A DNA stretch of 64,000 nucleotides from Diplonema japonicum (GCA_964019335.1 OZ025738.1:124001-188000); one strand, 5' to 3'. Positions 12,811 through 24,682 are shown, counted from the first letter of the stretch. The notes: a model not told the origin generated them from the sequence alone. Translations and numbers: made by a program.

Positions 12811-14196
12811 TTAACGCATGCAGCCTTCAAGGAAGATAAGCGCGCGTTTGTGTTTCCCCCCCTGCTTCTTTGCCTCGTCGTAGGGCGTCCTGCCGTAGAA
12901 GTCCTCTGAGCTGGGGTTTTGTTTGTGCGTCTTGATCAGAAGCTTCATGGCGTCAACGTGGCCTGCAGCAGCTGCGGAGTGTAGAGGTGTCCGGCCGTCC
13001 TTCTTCCGGACATCGTGGCACTGATGATGCTCATTGATGAACAGTTGCATTGCTGCAACGTGCCCCTTCGACGCAGCGTAGTGAAGCGGCGTACTGCCGT
13101 CGTTGCAAGCTGCACGCGGGTCGAACTTGCATACGCTGATCAGCAGCTCTATGATCTCGATGCTGCCGTTCGCTGCTGCTGAGTGGAGGGGTGTGCCTCC
13201 GAGGTTGTTTTTCACTTCCTCCTGATTCTCACCGTGCGCAGCAGAGAGCGCTCTCGTTGCTTCGTGATGCCCCTTCAACGCGGCGAGGTGCAACGGGGTC
13301 CACCCATCATCGCTCCTCACACTGGGCTTTTGGTTCCTCGTTTCAACAAGGTACTTTATCAGATCAACATGGCCGCCCCACGCTGCCGCGTGCAAAGCTG
13401 TCCACCCGTTGTATGTCTTGGCATCAACACCTTTCTCGCAAGCTCTTACAAGACGCAGCACGACCTTCACATGACCGTTCCATGCAGCGGCGTGAATAGG
13501 GGTCCAACCTCGCTTTGACCTGAGCGTGGGGCTTTGCTTGTATCGTTTCAGCAAGATATCCACAGTGCCTTCATGTCCCCCTTCGGCTGCAGCGTGTAAA
13601 GGTGTCCAACCGTCTTTTGTGGCTTGACCGGGTTTTTGTTTGTGCTTATCGATTAGAAGCCTCATAGCAGGGTCACGCCCGCACCATGCCGCGGAGTGAA
13701 CTGGCGTCCAATCGTTGTCAGCCTGCGCTCCTGGGTCTTGATTATGTTTTGTGATCAAACAGGTTATGATATCTTCGTTGCCGCCTTCAGCAGCAGAGTG
13801 CAAGAGTGTCCTTTGATCACTGTTCTTCAGGCTGGGATCGTGTTCTTTGAGAAGCAGCTGCACGCTTCTGAGATCGCCGTTTCTGGCTGCGTGGTGCAGG
13901 GCGAGCCTTGCTTCTTCTTTTGTGAGAGGCTTCTGTTCGTCAGAGAAGGGTACGAACAGGACCTGAACATGTTCCCCGTCAGCAGTGAACACCTTGTCCT
14001 TAGGAGCCTCAATGTACCCGAACGTGTCGTGTAATGTCTGCACACGGCGTGCTGGGCCAAGCTCTTCGAATTCTTTTTCAGCCGCCATTCGAATTTCTTC
14101 CACCCCCGCCCCCTTCGGGACAGTGATGTGCCTCGTCTTGTTGTTAACACCCGGCGACACCGCGATGACCAACAGAGAGATCCCACATTGTGACAT
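12811..14196 (-). CDS. ankyrin-repeat protein (~11 repeats) with possible Ubl-like N-terminus
   Basis: Repeated GWTPLHAAAxxGH motifs. Start MSQCG at 14196. Confidence 0.88.
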   Translation of the reverse strand: MSQCGISLLVIAVSPGVNNKTRHITVPKGAGVEEIRMAAEKEFEELGPARRVQTLHDTFGYIEAPKDKVFTADGEHVQVLFVPFSDEQKPLTKEEARLALHHAARNGDLRSVQLLLKEHDPSLKNSDQRTLLHSAAEGGNEDIITCLITKHNQDPGAQADNDWTPVHSAAWCGRDPAMRLLIDKHKQKPGQATKDGWTPLHAAAEGGHEGTVDILLKRYKQSPTLRSKRGWTPIHAAAWNGHVKVVLRLVRACEKGVDAKTYNGWTALHAAAWGGHVDLIKYLVETRNQKPSVRSDDGWTPLHLAALKGHHEATRALSAAHGENQEEVKNNLGGTPLHSAAANGSIEIIELLISVCKFDPRAACNDGSTPLHYAASKGHVAAMQLFINEHHQCHDVRKKDGRTPLHSAAAAGHVDAMKLLIKTHKQNPSSEDFYGRTPYDEAKKQGGKHKRALIFLEGCMR

Positions 14197-14906
14197 CTTT
14201 TGAAAGACAGAGTAAAAAGAAAAAACGAACCCCACCCTGTGTGGTGATTTCCTTCTGTACAAAAAGAAAAAAAAAAGGAATTAGTGGTGCCATGCGGAAT
14301 GTGACACAGCGGCCACCCTTGTGAAACTTCGACCCGAAGCCCCCCCCAAGTCCCCTGTGGTCCCGTAGAAAGTAAAAGTGGGTAGGTAAAGAAACCTTTA
14401 AATAGGGAGAGGGTCACAGAAGCAATTAAAAAAACACCAACTGGAGAGTGTGTTGTGGAAGGCTTAAGGCCGCGGGAGAACCCACCTCCTTGTTCAATGT
14501 AATGGGATAGGGACTCCGTAGGGAGATGCCAACTGGCGCCACGCGTAGGGTGGGTTCCACCCCCGTTCAGGTTTCCCCACGTGTACGGCTTAAGAACGAG
14601 AGTTCAAGGGGAGAAAGAAAAACAGATCGGGCGTTCGGAACGCATTCATTACGGCCTGCTGAAAATAGCAATCTTTAGTGGGGTGTTAGAGGGGAAGGTC
14701 TTAGAGATCTGAGGCGTAAAAACTCTGCTTTCTTCGAAAAATGGGGGGGGGGGGCACAGAAAACAATTCAAATAACTGGAGAACAGTAAGATAGCTTTGG
14801 TGCGCGAAGAGTGTTGGAACATATTTGTCCGAAAAAAAAAAAAAGAGAAGGAAGAAAAAAAAGACCCCCCCCCATGTTCTACCTGAAGCATATCAGTCCA
14901 TGTTCG

Positions 14907-16454
14907 TTAACCCCCTGCGAGGTGGTAATATGCCCCCTTTTCCCAAATCTTCTTTTTTTCTTTCAATACCTCGGCAAGAATTTCGGCAAGCTCTCCAGAA
15001 TTGTTCCGGGCATCTCTGTCCGCCCCGTACTCGATCAGGCACTCTGCTACCTTCTTACTACGTGCTCTGTGCAAAGGAGTTTCTCCCTGGGCATCTCTTG
15101 CTCCGACATCGGCCCCACGCTGGAGGAGGGTACGAACATGCCACTCCAAATCCCTTTGGCACACACAGTGGAGGAGCGACCTTCCCTCTGCAGTCAGCAC
15201 CTTGGGATCAGCCCCTTTCTCGAGAAGGAGCGAGAAGGCATTCTTCGATCCAGCATGAAAGAGAGGTGTCTCGCCCTTCGCATCCTTCGCATTGACGTCA
15301 ACACCCTGATCGATCAGAAGGCTGATTACCTTTTCCTTCAGGCAGCTTGCGTGCAGTACCGTTCCACCTAGTTCATCTCTCAACGTGGGATCTGCCCCAT
15401 GGTGGAGGAGGACACGCACACACTCCTCTTGTTTGTGATTCTCCCTGCATTTGTGTAAAGGCGTCTCCCCATTGAGGTTCCTCGAATTCACGTCCGCCCC
15501 GTTCTGAACTAAGAGGGGTACTAGCATCACGTGCGCACCAATTTCACATGAAAGATGTAGGGGTGTGTTGCCCCTTTTGTCTTTTGCATTGGGATCGGCT
15601 CCTTTTTCCAAAAAGAATGTGCAATCCCCCACCGACCTGCAAAGATGAAGAACAGTGTTTCCCTCTGCATCCGCAGCATTGATGTCCGCCCCGTACCTGA
15701 GGAGGAGCGGGACCCAATCGTACTTCTTGCTGAGGCACACTAAATGAAGAGGCGCTGCACCGATGCTGTTCCTCGCATTGGGGTCGGCTCCCTTCTCCAA
15801 GAGCGTGGTGCATGCCTGAACCGAACACATAGACAGGTGAAGTGCTGTGTTTCCATTGCAGTCCTTGTGGCCCACATCTACGAAGGACGCCAGTCGGGGG
15901 ATCATGCTGGGGTGGCGTGCGAAGCTTTTCAACAATGCCATCTGACTGACTCCTATGGAGCTCATCAGGAGTACTTCCGCTACTCCCAGAAATCTAACAT
16001 TCATGGCCTCACTGAAAATCACTTCGATCTCCTTTGCATCTGCAAGACCTGCCTCGAGCATCCAGTTCACGATCTCGCAGAACTCGGGGTCCCCCTGCTG
16101 ACTAGTAGAGAACCTGCTCATGCGTAAGGCCTTTGCCACTGCTTCCATCCCTTTCCCCGCCCACCCTCGCGCTGCGAGGTGCTGAAGTGTTATCTCCTTC
16201 TTGTCCAACTCCACGTTTAGCTGGCTGCCGTCCTCGAAAGGGAGATCGCCGACCAGCCTCGATGTGTCATCGCCAGCACAGACGACCTCACCCTCAAATG
16301 TCAGTGATATCGTTTGTGGGTTGAGCCCTACAGACTGCGCCGCCCGTTCCCTCACAGTAGCCATCTCTTCCCTCCCCCCCGCTTGTACCTCCACCGTCTC
16401 CTTGTTGGGGAACACCACCAGCAGCGTCACTGTGGGGTTCTGTGTCTGGAACAT
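14907..16454 (-). CDS. Ubl-domain + ankyrin-repeat protein
   Basis: N-terminal ubiquitin-like segment (LTFEGEVV..LPFEDGSQLNV) and GNTPLH/GETPLH..GADPNA repeats. Confidence 0.88.
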   Translation of the reverse strand: MFQTQNPTVTLLVVFPNKETVEVQAGGREEMATVRERAAQSVGLNPQTISLTFEGEVVCAGDDTSRLVGDLPFEDGSQLNVELDKKEITLQHLAARGWAGKGMEAVAKALRMSRFSTSQQGDPEFCEIVNWMLEAGLADAKEIEVIFSEAMNVRFLGVAEVLLMSSIGVSQMALLKSFARHPSMIPRLASFVDVGHKDCNGNTALHLSMCSVQACTTLLEKGADPNARNSIGAAPLHLVCLSKKYDWVPLLLRYGADINAADAEGNTVLHLCRSVGDCTFFLEKGADPNAKDKRGNTPLHLSCEIGAHVMLVPLLVQNGADVNSRNLNGETPLHKCRENHKQEECVRVLLHHGADPTLRDELGGTVLHASCLKEKVISLLIDQGVDVNAKDAKGETPLFHAGSKNAFSLLLEKGADPKVLTAEGRSLLHCVCQRDLEWHVRTLLQRGADVGARDAQGETPLHRARSKKVAECLIEYGADRDARNNSGELAEILAEVLKEKKKIWEKGAYYHLAGG

Positions 16455-17165
16455 TACTTTTCTTCTTTTCTTCCTTTCCTCTTCACCGTGTATGGTAGAT
16501 TACTGTGAATGTGTCATATAGGCAGACCGAGCAAAAAAGAAAATGCTATAATTGCTGATTAATCTTAAGACGATGAACCTTGTGGTATTGACCTGCCGTG
16601 AAAATCCTCAAAAAGGTTCACATGCTGCTTGCTTGCCGGTATATCATGAAACCTTCACTCGGAAACATCTGCCCCCTCCGTGCATATCACCAAAAGACGG
16701 CTCAGCTTCTCAGGTTTCACACACTTTGCCAAGTTCTATGGTTGCCTAAGCGCTGCTTCGATTTTGGGCGTGTCCCTGCCTAGGTCTTATGGCTGAGAGT
16801 AAGGTTTGCGTACCTCTTCGTGGATGCTGTGGAACTGAGTTGGAATTCTGTTGGAATCTCCAGATGAAGAGTCTTCATGAAGATCAAACCTGCTTAATCC
16901 TCTCTGTTCACTAGGGCCGGGGAAGTACTAATGCGTGTAAAGTGCTATGTTGAAGAGGCATCTCTGGAACATGATTGTGTGTATATTTTATATTTTCAGC
17001 TTCTCTGTTTCTTTTGTCCCCCCTCCCCTCCCCTCCCTGTGTTTTGCGTCAAAAAGCCTTATTTTTCCCGGCTCTATGAGGGAACGCAAATAAATAAGTA
17101 AATAAAAAACACAAAGGAAAAGAGAAAAGCTACACTTCGGAGGGGGGGAGGGGGAAAAATAAGGG

Positions 17166-17197
<32 letters not shown>

Positions 17198-17368
17198 CAA
17201 CCTAGTTTGGCGGCTTCACCTTTGTGTTTTGTGCACACGAGTGGTGTTTCTTTTTATACCTATAGTAAATTACTCTTCACGCTGCCATCAGTTGGTTTTT
17301 CTTTTTTTCTTTTTTTCTTTTTCTTTTAGTCACGACAAAAATAACACTTTTTGTCAAAACTAAAAAAA

Positions 17369-17890
17369 ATATATGAGTTAAAGGAAGTCTTTGTGAGACG
17401 CCCCCTTGTTCTCATGCTCTACCTGCACCTATCCCCCTTCAGCAGCGGTTTCTCCTTCTTCGGTGGTCGTGCCGGCCTCCTCCCCAGCTTGGCTACTTTT
17501 TCCCTTCTTTCCTTTGCCCATTGCTTCCCCAGCTCCTCCAGGTCGTACTTGGTCTTCGTTGATGCAAAGATTGCTCTTCTACTCCACCCGATCGCCGCCT
17601 TCGTCCCTCCGATTGATCGCAGCGTATGTACTCTCTTGCATGGTTCAGCAGGGAAGGCCCTCCTTCCTTTCACCTTCTTCTGCAGTCTCCCTAGTTCCCA
17701 TGTGTTCCACACCTTCTTCATCACCGTGTGCAGTCTCCTGGCCTTCTGTCGCACCTCTGCCAACTCCCCTAGCTTCCCTCCAAGGGATTTCTGGGTCACG
17801 TTTTCGAAATCCAGCGCCAGCTCCACCGTCGACACTGCCGTGCTTCTGTTCCCTCCATACCAGCGCAGCTGCTTGAGCCATTTCAGCACC
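17369..17890 (-). mobile_element. 5'-truncated LINE family B
   Basis: ORF 17419-17892 VLKWLKQLRW...KGDRCR* plus the hairpin 3' UTR. Confidence 0.88.
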
Positions 17891-18071
17891 AAAAAAAGAA
17901 AGTGGGAAAGGAGGGATATAAGTTTTTAGGAGGAAAAAAACAAAAAAAAATTATGAAAAAAAAAAAAAACGTGGTAGTCAAAAAAAAAAAATCTTTTTTT
18001 TTACAAAAGGGGGGGGACCCTGATTACACTTTTTTTTTCCCAAACACTTCTCTTTTTTTTTTTTTTTTTTT

Positions 18072-18626
18072 CTAATGCCCAATCCTAACCGCGTGGGGGA
18101 CGACCCTGTCCGAAAGGAAGTCCTGCCCGGGTCTGATTGTACAGATACCGTTTTTGACAAGAGGTTCGTTACCTTCATCGACAAAGCCCGGGGTGTAGTA
18201 CATCTTGATGAAACGGTGCTCTCTGTGCGGGTCGGGCACAACATACTGGGCACGTGAGCCGTTTTGCGCCTGAATCCACATCCACCAAAACCAGGTAAAG
18301 AAGGCGAAGAAGAAGGCTGCAGGGTAGGGGAACCCCCCGGGGATCTCTTGATCGTTGGGGGGGGTCATATCGGGGATCTTGTCAGCTGCCCTGTAGTTGT
18401 GCGACTCAGATTGGAACATCCCGGTCCTCTCCTTGAGCTTAGCGTAGGACCACCCTTGGTCCTTCCTCGCCTGCATCTTCCTCCTCATATCTCTGAAGCC
18501 TTCTCCTTTCTTTTCGGAGGCCATGTGTATTTCAGCAAGCCTTGTTGAGCTGTAGGCCTTCAGCTCTTCCGGTGCTGCCCACACACGTGCGGGCCCACCG
18601 AGACGTACAAATGTCCGTCTCAACAT
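18072..18626 (-). CDS. small single-TM protein with mitochondrial-type presequence
   Basis: MLRR-type N-terminus, one aromatic TM segment (AAFFFAFFTWFWWMWI), clean ORF preceded by an intergenic tract. Confidence 0.7.
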   Translation of the reverse strand: MLRRTFVRLGGPARVWAAPEELKAYSSTRLAEIHMASEKKGEGFRDMRRKMQARKDQGWSYAKLKERTGMFQSESHNYRAADKIPDMTPPNDQEIPGGFPYPAAFFFAFFTWFWWMWIQAQNGSRAQYVVPDPHREHRFIKMYYTPGFVDEGNEPLVKNGICTIRPGQDFLSDRVVPHAVRIGH

Positions 18627-19849
18627 CTTTTTTTTTTTTTTCCTTTTTTTTTTTTTTTCTTTTTTACTGTGGAGGGGAGAAAATGAAGAAGAAAAAAAAG
18701 AAGGGGGGGCGGGAAAAAAAAAAAAAAAAAAAAAAAAAAACTAGTTTGGCCCGCTTTTCATTTTTTTTTTCTTTTGTATGTGCGTTCACGAGGGGGAATT
18801 TCTACATAATAAAAAAAAAAAAAAAATAGCTCATTATTTTGCACTTTGCCATCAACTAGTTTTTCTAGTCTCGACAATAATATTTGTTAAAACAAAACAA
18901 AAAAAAAAAGAAGAAAGAAAGCCCACATGAGACCTCACATGTTTCTTTTCTTTTTTTCTCCCCTTCTTCTTCTTTTTATATTTCATTTTCTTGTCGCAGA
19001 AAAAAAACTCGGTCTGTGTCTCTTCTTCTTTTTTAAAATAGATTCTCCAAAAAGAAAATATTAAAAAAAAAGACTGGGTCTATTTATTTTCTTTTTTCTT
19101 TTTGGAGGACACGGACTAAAGGGGGGGACGAGCACTGGCAAGGTACCAACTAAGGAGTTATCTCTAAGTCTTGCTGAATACGCGTATCATGCCATGTTTT
19201 TTTTTTTTTTTTTTTTTTTTTAATTCCACTTCCTTTTCGACTTGCTAAGGCCGTACCCTATGCCATGTTTTGATTTTCTCTCTTCGCTCTTTTTCCAAAT
19301 AATATCTCGAGGGGGGGGGGTTCTGGTACTAATGTTCTTTTCTTTTTTTTTTGATATAAGTACAACAACAACAGTCTTCTGTCATAAGAAAATAAATAAA
19401 AAAAAATAAAATAGAACGTAAAAAAAGTAACGGTAGCACCAAGGGGGTGGGGGTCAACATAACATAACAAAAGGGGGAAAGAAAGAAGGGGAAAAGGGGG
19501 AGGGGGTTCTTAGTTCTCCCGCAACTGAGAACCGCAAGTGCTGTTTGTTCTTTTTTTTTCTTTTTCTTTTTGCGCTAAAAAAAAATTGGAAGAAAAAAAA
19601 AAAGCATGTTTTACTTTAAAAAAAGAGTAATTCACTTAGCTACCCGAAGTACTGGAAAAAAAGAAAACGAAGAACTCTCGGTACTTTTCTTGGGCATAAA
19701 GTGACTTACCCCCCCCAAAGAAAAAAAGAAAAGAAAAGAAAACGAGATTAGATTAGGTCGACAAACTGAAAGAGGTAAAACAGCAAAAAGAAAAAGTGTT
19801 TGTCATCTCTCTTTTTTTCTTTTCTTTCTTTTTTTTTTTCCCACCGGCA

Positions 19850-19888
<39 letters not shown>

Positions 19889-19961
19889 GTGTGCAAATAG
19901 AACATCTTGCTGATACAAAACAAAAAAAAACAAAAAAAAAAGAAATTCCTTTTTTTCCTTT

Positions 19962-21934
19962 CTAAACATCCATGTCACCATCCACCTCCTTCCTCCTCTT
20001 CTCCAAAGCGACAGCAAGGTCAAGATCAATCTCACCAAGCTCGTCAACTACTGGTGGTCCTGCCCTAACAGCACGTTTGGTCTTACTACCGGAACTCGGG
20101 ATATTTACGTCAACCTTTTTTTAAATTTTTATTTTTTTTTATACAAACACACCTCTTCCTCCTCTACTGACTGTAGTACAATACACGCTGACCCAGATGG
20201 GATCACAGAAACGTCTTGAGACGTCCTTCCGTTTAAAATCTGTGCCACGGGAACGCTTAAACTGGTGGACCCCAGCAGAAGCGTAGCACCAGAAAATATT
20301 TCAACGACAATGTGCAGCATCTCACCAGGGTTCTGAAGGCTGAAGACAATACCGGAATCCTCCCCAATCGATACCATTCTTTGCACATCGCCCCCCTTCC
20401 CCGCATAGGAAGGAACAGACACCAACAAGAACTCATCACCCCCTACCCGTACACCGGTAACACTGCGAACCGACACCTTAAAGGCTACATTATTGGGGGT
20501 TAGAATACGAGCCTCGTGTGTATGGGTGGCGGGAAGAGCGAGAAGCGGGTTTAAAGCAGGAGCCTCATCATGTCGGTTGGGAGACACCAGTGAGGCACCG
20601 TTCAAAGTTGGGGGAAGATTGTTGTCCTCTTCCCATTGTTGTGCCAAACGGGTTCTTCTGTTGTCTTCTGAGGCCCGTAATGCGTTTTCTACCAGCGAAG
20701 CAAGCCCGTCGTCGGACGAGATAGAAATTGACATTGGCGAGGCAGGCCTGTCGAATGCGGTACAGAGAAGCTCTCTGTCACCCGGGAACTCTCGTACAAG
20801 TTCGACAAACGCGAAGTTTAAAGGATCTTCAGATATTGAAGCAGCGCGTGATGCAAGGTCGTAGGAGTCCACCCAGCTGGCGGTGCCGTGCTTCATACTT
20901 TTAAAGGATTCAATGCGGCGTTGTACTTCAGTTCGAAGGCCGTGTATTGGGTCCGGTAGACGGGGGTCCCACCCAACTGAATCGTTGTTGTTGTTATTAT
21001 TGTTCGTTGGGAGCAACGGTTCAGAAGACACAACCCGCTCAGCGGCGGTTCTTTCCTGACGAGCCCTCGCGTCCCTCCGGCCCTTCCAATACACGATTAA
21101 GTAAAGCCACACCCCTACGGTCAGCAACGCCACAACTATTGTCAGTAAGCCAGGTATAGGTATTGTTTCGTCTTCCGCCTTCGGTGTCAAAGCTTTCAAC
21201 GATTCGCAGGGTATTTCATAAGACCCTCCTGTGAAGTCGGTCGAGCAGGTATCGCAAGGTTTTGTAACGTACTCCTTTTCCGGTGGTGGAAGTTGCCGGG
21301 TGCACAAAGCGTCTTGATACCCGAGAACCGTCGCTGACGCCCATGATTGCTGGTCGGTTTTAGTTGTAATGATTTTAAAGTACCCTTTGGAGGGTTCTGC
21401 CGCCCCGCAGCGCATTCTCGGTACGCATTTGTTCAGCGGGACGCCCATGGGTAGACCTTTGCAGTCAGACTCGCAAGAGTTGATTTGAACACCACATGGG
21501 GTTGTCACTGCATCGATCGGTTTTTTGGAGTCAGGGGACGATGTTGGTTTGACCACCCATCTGGAGTGTTTTTCAAAAATATCTCCAGAGGTTTGTTTGC
21601 GTGCTAGGTAGTGGCATGACGAGTTGGAAAGATTCTCCTCCCGAGTTAATATGTCTGGTCCCCCTAGTGCCCAGCCTCCGCCGCCTTTTGCGCACCAATA
21701 TATATAATGTGATCCGTAGTCGCTCCATTCTGTGCCTAGCTGGCTAACGCCTGTCCAGTAGGTTGGCTTTTCGTTGACCCGCCTTGTAGGGTGTCGTGCC
21801 CACCATCTGTTGTTGTAGACCTCGTCAGTGAAACCTTCGATTTTAAGCGCGTCGCCTTTGCATTTTATTTCTTCTGCTGCGGTGATTCGGAGTGCGGCGG
21901 TGCAGAAAACAGCCGCGGTCAGAAGAGCCTTCAT
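19962..21934 (-). CDS. type I membrane protein (signal peptide, Cys-rich ectodomain, TM, C2-like tail); two exons 21934-20153 and 20114-19962
   Basis: Signal peptide MKALLTAAVFC and TM GLLTIVVALLTVGVWLYLIV. A 38-nt GT..AG intron at 20152-20115 joins EEEE to an open 50-aa exon (VDVNIPSSG...GDMDV*). Confidence 0.75.
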
Positions 21935-22327
21935 TGTTCCTTCTTGTTTTCTCGTCGCGCTCCCCACCCCACCCACCGGGTGAGGTGTCTATTTTTTTCT
22001 TTTTCTTTTTTCTTTCTTTCTTGTTTCCTTGTTCTTTTATTTATACTCCCCCCTTGTTGTGGCAATTGTGGTAAAAATATCAAAATCAGAAAACCAAAAA
22101 AAAAAAAAAAATACGTGAGTTGGGAAGGGGGAGGGGGGGTGGCATTTTCTTTTTTTCCTTTTTTCTTTTATTATTTCACTACGATTGTCTTTTTCTCCAC
22201 ACACATGGCCAATATTACTTTAGCACACCTCCCTGAGATAAAGAAAAAGAAAGATGGAAAAAAAAAAGGGGGGGAGGGGGTGAAAGGGGGAGAAGAATCT
22301 ATTCTCTTTTATTTTATGTCGGTCACC

Positions 22328-22522
22328 TTACCCAAAGTTCACGGAGGTAATCTTCTTGCTGCCCTCATCCACGTGTACGTTGAGCCTCTCAGGCCTGTAG
22401 TCCATCGTAGCCATCGCATTACCTACTAGCACTCTGTAAGCACTGGAGACTGAGGCTATGTCGGAGTCCGTCACTCCATCACTACCATAAGTCTTTCCGA
22501 CCAGAGACTGCGCCGCTGACAT
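22328..22522 (-). CDS. peptidase inhibitor I78 family protein
   Basis: RVL...MATMDYRPERLNVHVD...ITSVNFG signature. Confidence 0.85.
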   Translation of the reverse strand: MSAAQSLVGKTYGSDGVTDSDIASVSSAYRVLVGNAMATMDYRPERLNVHVDEGSKKITSVNFG

Positions 22523-22537
22523 CTTTCTCCCTTTCTG

Positions 22538-23474
22538 TCATGTGGATTGAAAAAAGAAAACAACAACATAAAAATAAAAAAGAAACATGTCCTCTCTGAG
22601 AACAGCGTCGTGCGGCACCGGTTCAGATGGTACTGCCAGTGCCAACGCTTCCGGGCGTCGCCTCGCTCGTCGCGTACTAAGAAAGCTCAAGGAGACCTTC
22701 GCTCTGGATGGTGTACCAGCCGTTAATGTTTCTACGCTGTGCTGGTCCATCTGCCTGTGGACACAATGACACCATGCTCATGGGTGGGCACCGTCTGGTC
22801 GAGCTGGAACTTCACGTCGCAGGAGTACGGCTCCCACCCGTCGGCAAGAAGCTTCGCGGCGAATGTTGCCGGGCTGGGCGAGGTGTCGTCACGGCCGTGT
22901 AGATGAAAGCGAAAAGATCGCACTTCGCGAAGCGCATCTCCAAGTACACGTTGGGGATCTGCCCCAAACGCCCGACCAGAGATTCGGCAAAGTTCAGGAA
23001 CGCAGAGTTGTCGATGTCCGGCCTGTTCACGTTTCATATCGTGTTCAGGGTTGGCTTGCTTAGCCCCTTGTCTTCAACCGCAGTGTCCGCGTTTTGAGTT
23101 TCAGCTTTTCAGACGCGCTTGCCATGTTGTAGCTGCACCCACCGTTCCCGTCGTCGTTGGTGCACACACTGGCGTCCCCACTGGTTCGTCTTCTGTGCAC
23201 CGGGAGAGGGTTTGTTGTTATGTTCGGTTTCCGGCTGCTTTTCCACCGCTTCGACTCCTTGTTCTTCCGTTGGCTCATCTGCCGTCTCCAGACCTCTCGG
23301 CTGCATGTATCGTTGTACCGTCATCCTGAACCTGCCAAGCTCACCGTGCAACCGTCATTCCGATTCCCTCTTTGCTGTCTCTTCACGTGCCGTTCCTGCC
23401 TGGCAGTATATCGAGATGCTCGTGCTGGCTGTCCGATGGGTGCCCCGTGGAGGCGTTCGCGTTGGTCTGATTCA
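22538..23474 (-). pseudogene. degraded gene of unknown family (MNQT.. start paralogous to 59667)
   Basis: GC-rich fragmented ORFs; the 5' end matches 59615-59667. Confidence 0.4.
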
Positions 23475-23599
23475 TTTCTTTTCTTTGTTTTTTGTTTATC
23501 AGTCCACCCACCTTTTTTTGTTTTTTGTGTATCAGTCCACCCACCTTCTTTTCCTTCTTTCTTTTTCTTTTCTTTTTAAAAAAAACACAATGGAATATA

Positions 23600-24100
23600 A
23601 TATATATGAGTTAAAGGAAGTCTTTGTGAGACGCCCCCTTGTTCTCATGCTCTACCTGCATCTATCCCCCTTCAGCAGCGGTTTCTCCTTCTTCGGTGGT
23701 CGTGCCGGCCTCCTCCCCAGCTTGGCTACTTTTTCCCTTCTTTCCTTTGCCCATTGCTTCCCCAGCTCCTCCAGGTCGTACTTGGTCTTCGTTGATGCAA
23801 AGATTGCTCTTCTACTCCACCCGATCACCGCCTTCGTCCCTCCGATTGATCGCAGCGTATGTACTCTCTTGCATGGTTCAGCAGGGAAGGCCCTCCTTCC
23901 TTTCACCTTCTTCTGCAGTCTCCCTAGCTCCCATGTGTTCCACACCTTCTTCATTACCGTGTGCAGTCTTCTGGCCTTCTGTCGCACCTCTGCCAACTCC
24001 CCTAGCTTCCCTCCAAGGACTTCTGGGTCACGTTTTCGAAGTCCAGCGCCAGCTCTACCGTCGACACTGCCGTGTTCCTGTTCCCTCCATACCAGCGCAG
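23600..24100 (-). mobile_element. 5'-truncated LINE family B
   Basis: Near-identical to 17369-17870, with a 1-nt frameshift. Confidence 0.88.
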
Positions 24101-24394
24101 CCTCAAGAGGAGCCTCCCACGTACCAGGAATTAAGCAGAGGTTGCGCCTTCTGCATATAATTATTTATTAATAGAAAGAGGAATAAAAAAGGGGGGGGGG
24201 GAAGAATCGTGTGAGAGGGGAACTGAAACTCTTTCTCTTTTTTTTCTTCAAAAAATGGAGGGCAAGGTGAGAGGGGGGGCTTAAAGAAAAAGGTTATCAA
24301 ATCTCTTTCCTTCTTTCTTTTTTCACAACAAAAGCAGGAAAACATCTATATCCTGTCACGGGGGGGAAAGATGCTACAACTCACGCTTTACTCT

Positions 24395-24677
24395 TGGTAA
24401 ACGTTCTCTTCTTTCAATCGATTGTTATATGTACTTATAAAATATAAAATATAGCGCGCATTCGACGACACTGATCAAGCGACTGGCACCTTCCGAAGAA
24501 GGGCCTCCCACGTCCGCCGGGTTGAGCAGAGGATGCCCCGGGGCGGCCGTTCCAGTCTGATCATGTCGCACTATAATATATGCTCTCATCTCCAAGGAGA
24601 AAAGAGGTTTTTTGCCCTCGTAGCTCGCCGGGCCAGCACTCTTACTTGCGTAAGGTCTTGGTGGTTCTTGGGGGGTG
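24395..24677 (-). mobile_element. LINE family D 3'-UTR-only insertion with 12-bp TSD
   Basis: Near-identical to 56440-56720. Flanked by ACGCTTTACTCT (24383-24394 and 24678-24689); the paralog at 62150-62170 shows the empty site. Confidence 0.9.
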
Positions 24678-24682
24678 ACGCT

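Noticed and set aside
14440-14640. possible tRNA-like sequence (GGGTGGGTTCCACCCC)
   Set aside because: No cloverleaf and no proper A/B boxes.
24481-24557. HDV-like ribozyme (GCCTCCCACGT resembles P3/L3 on the + strand)
   Set aside because: No closing P3 strand or P1/P2 pairing found, and it would be antisense to the element.
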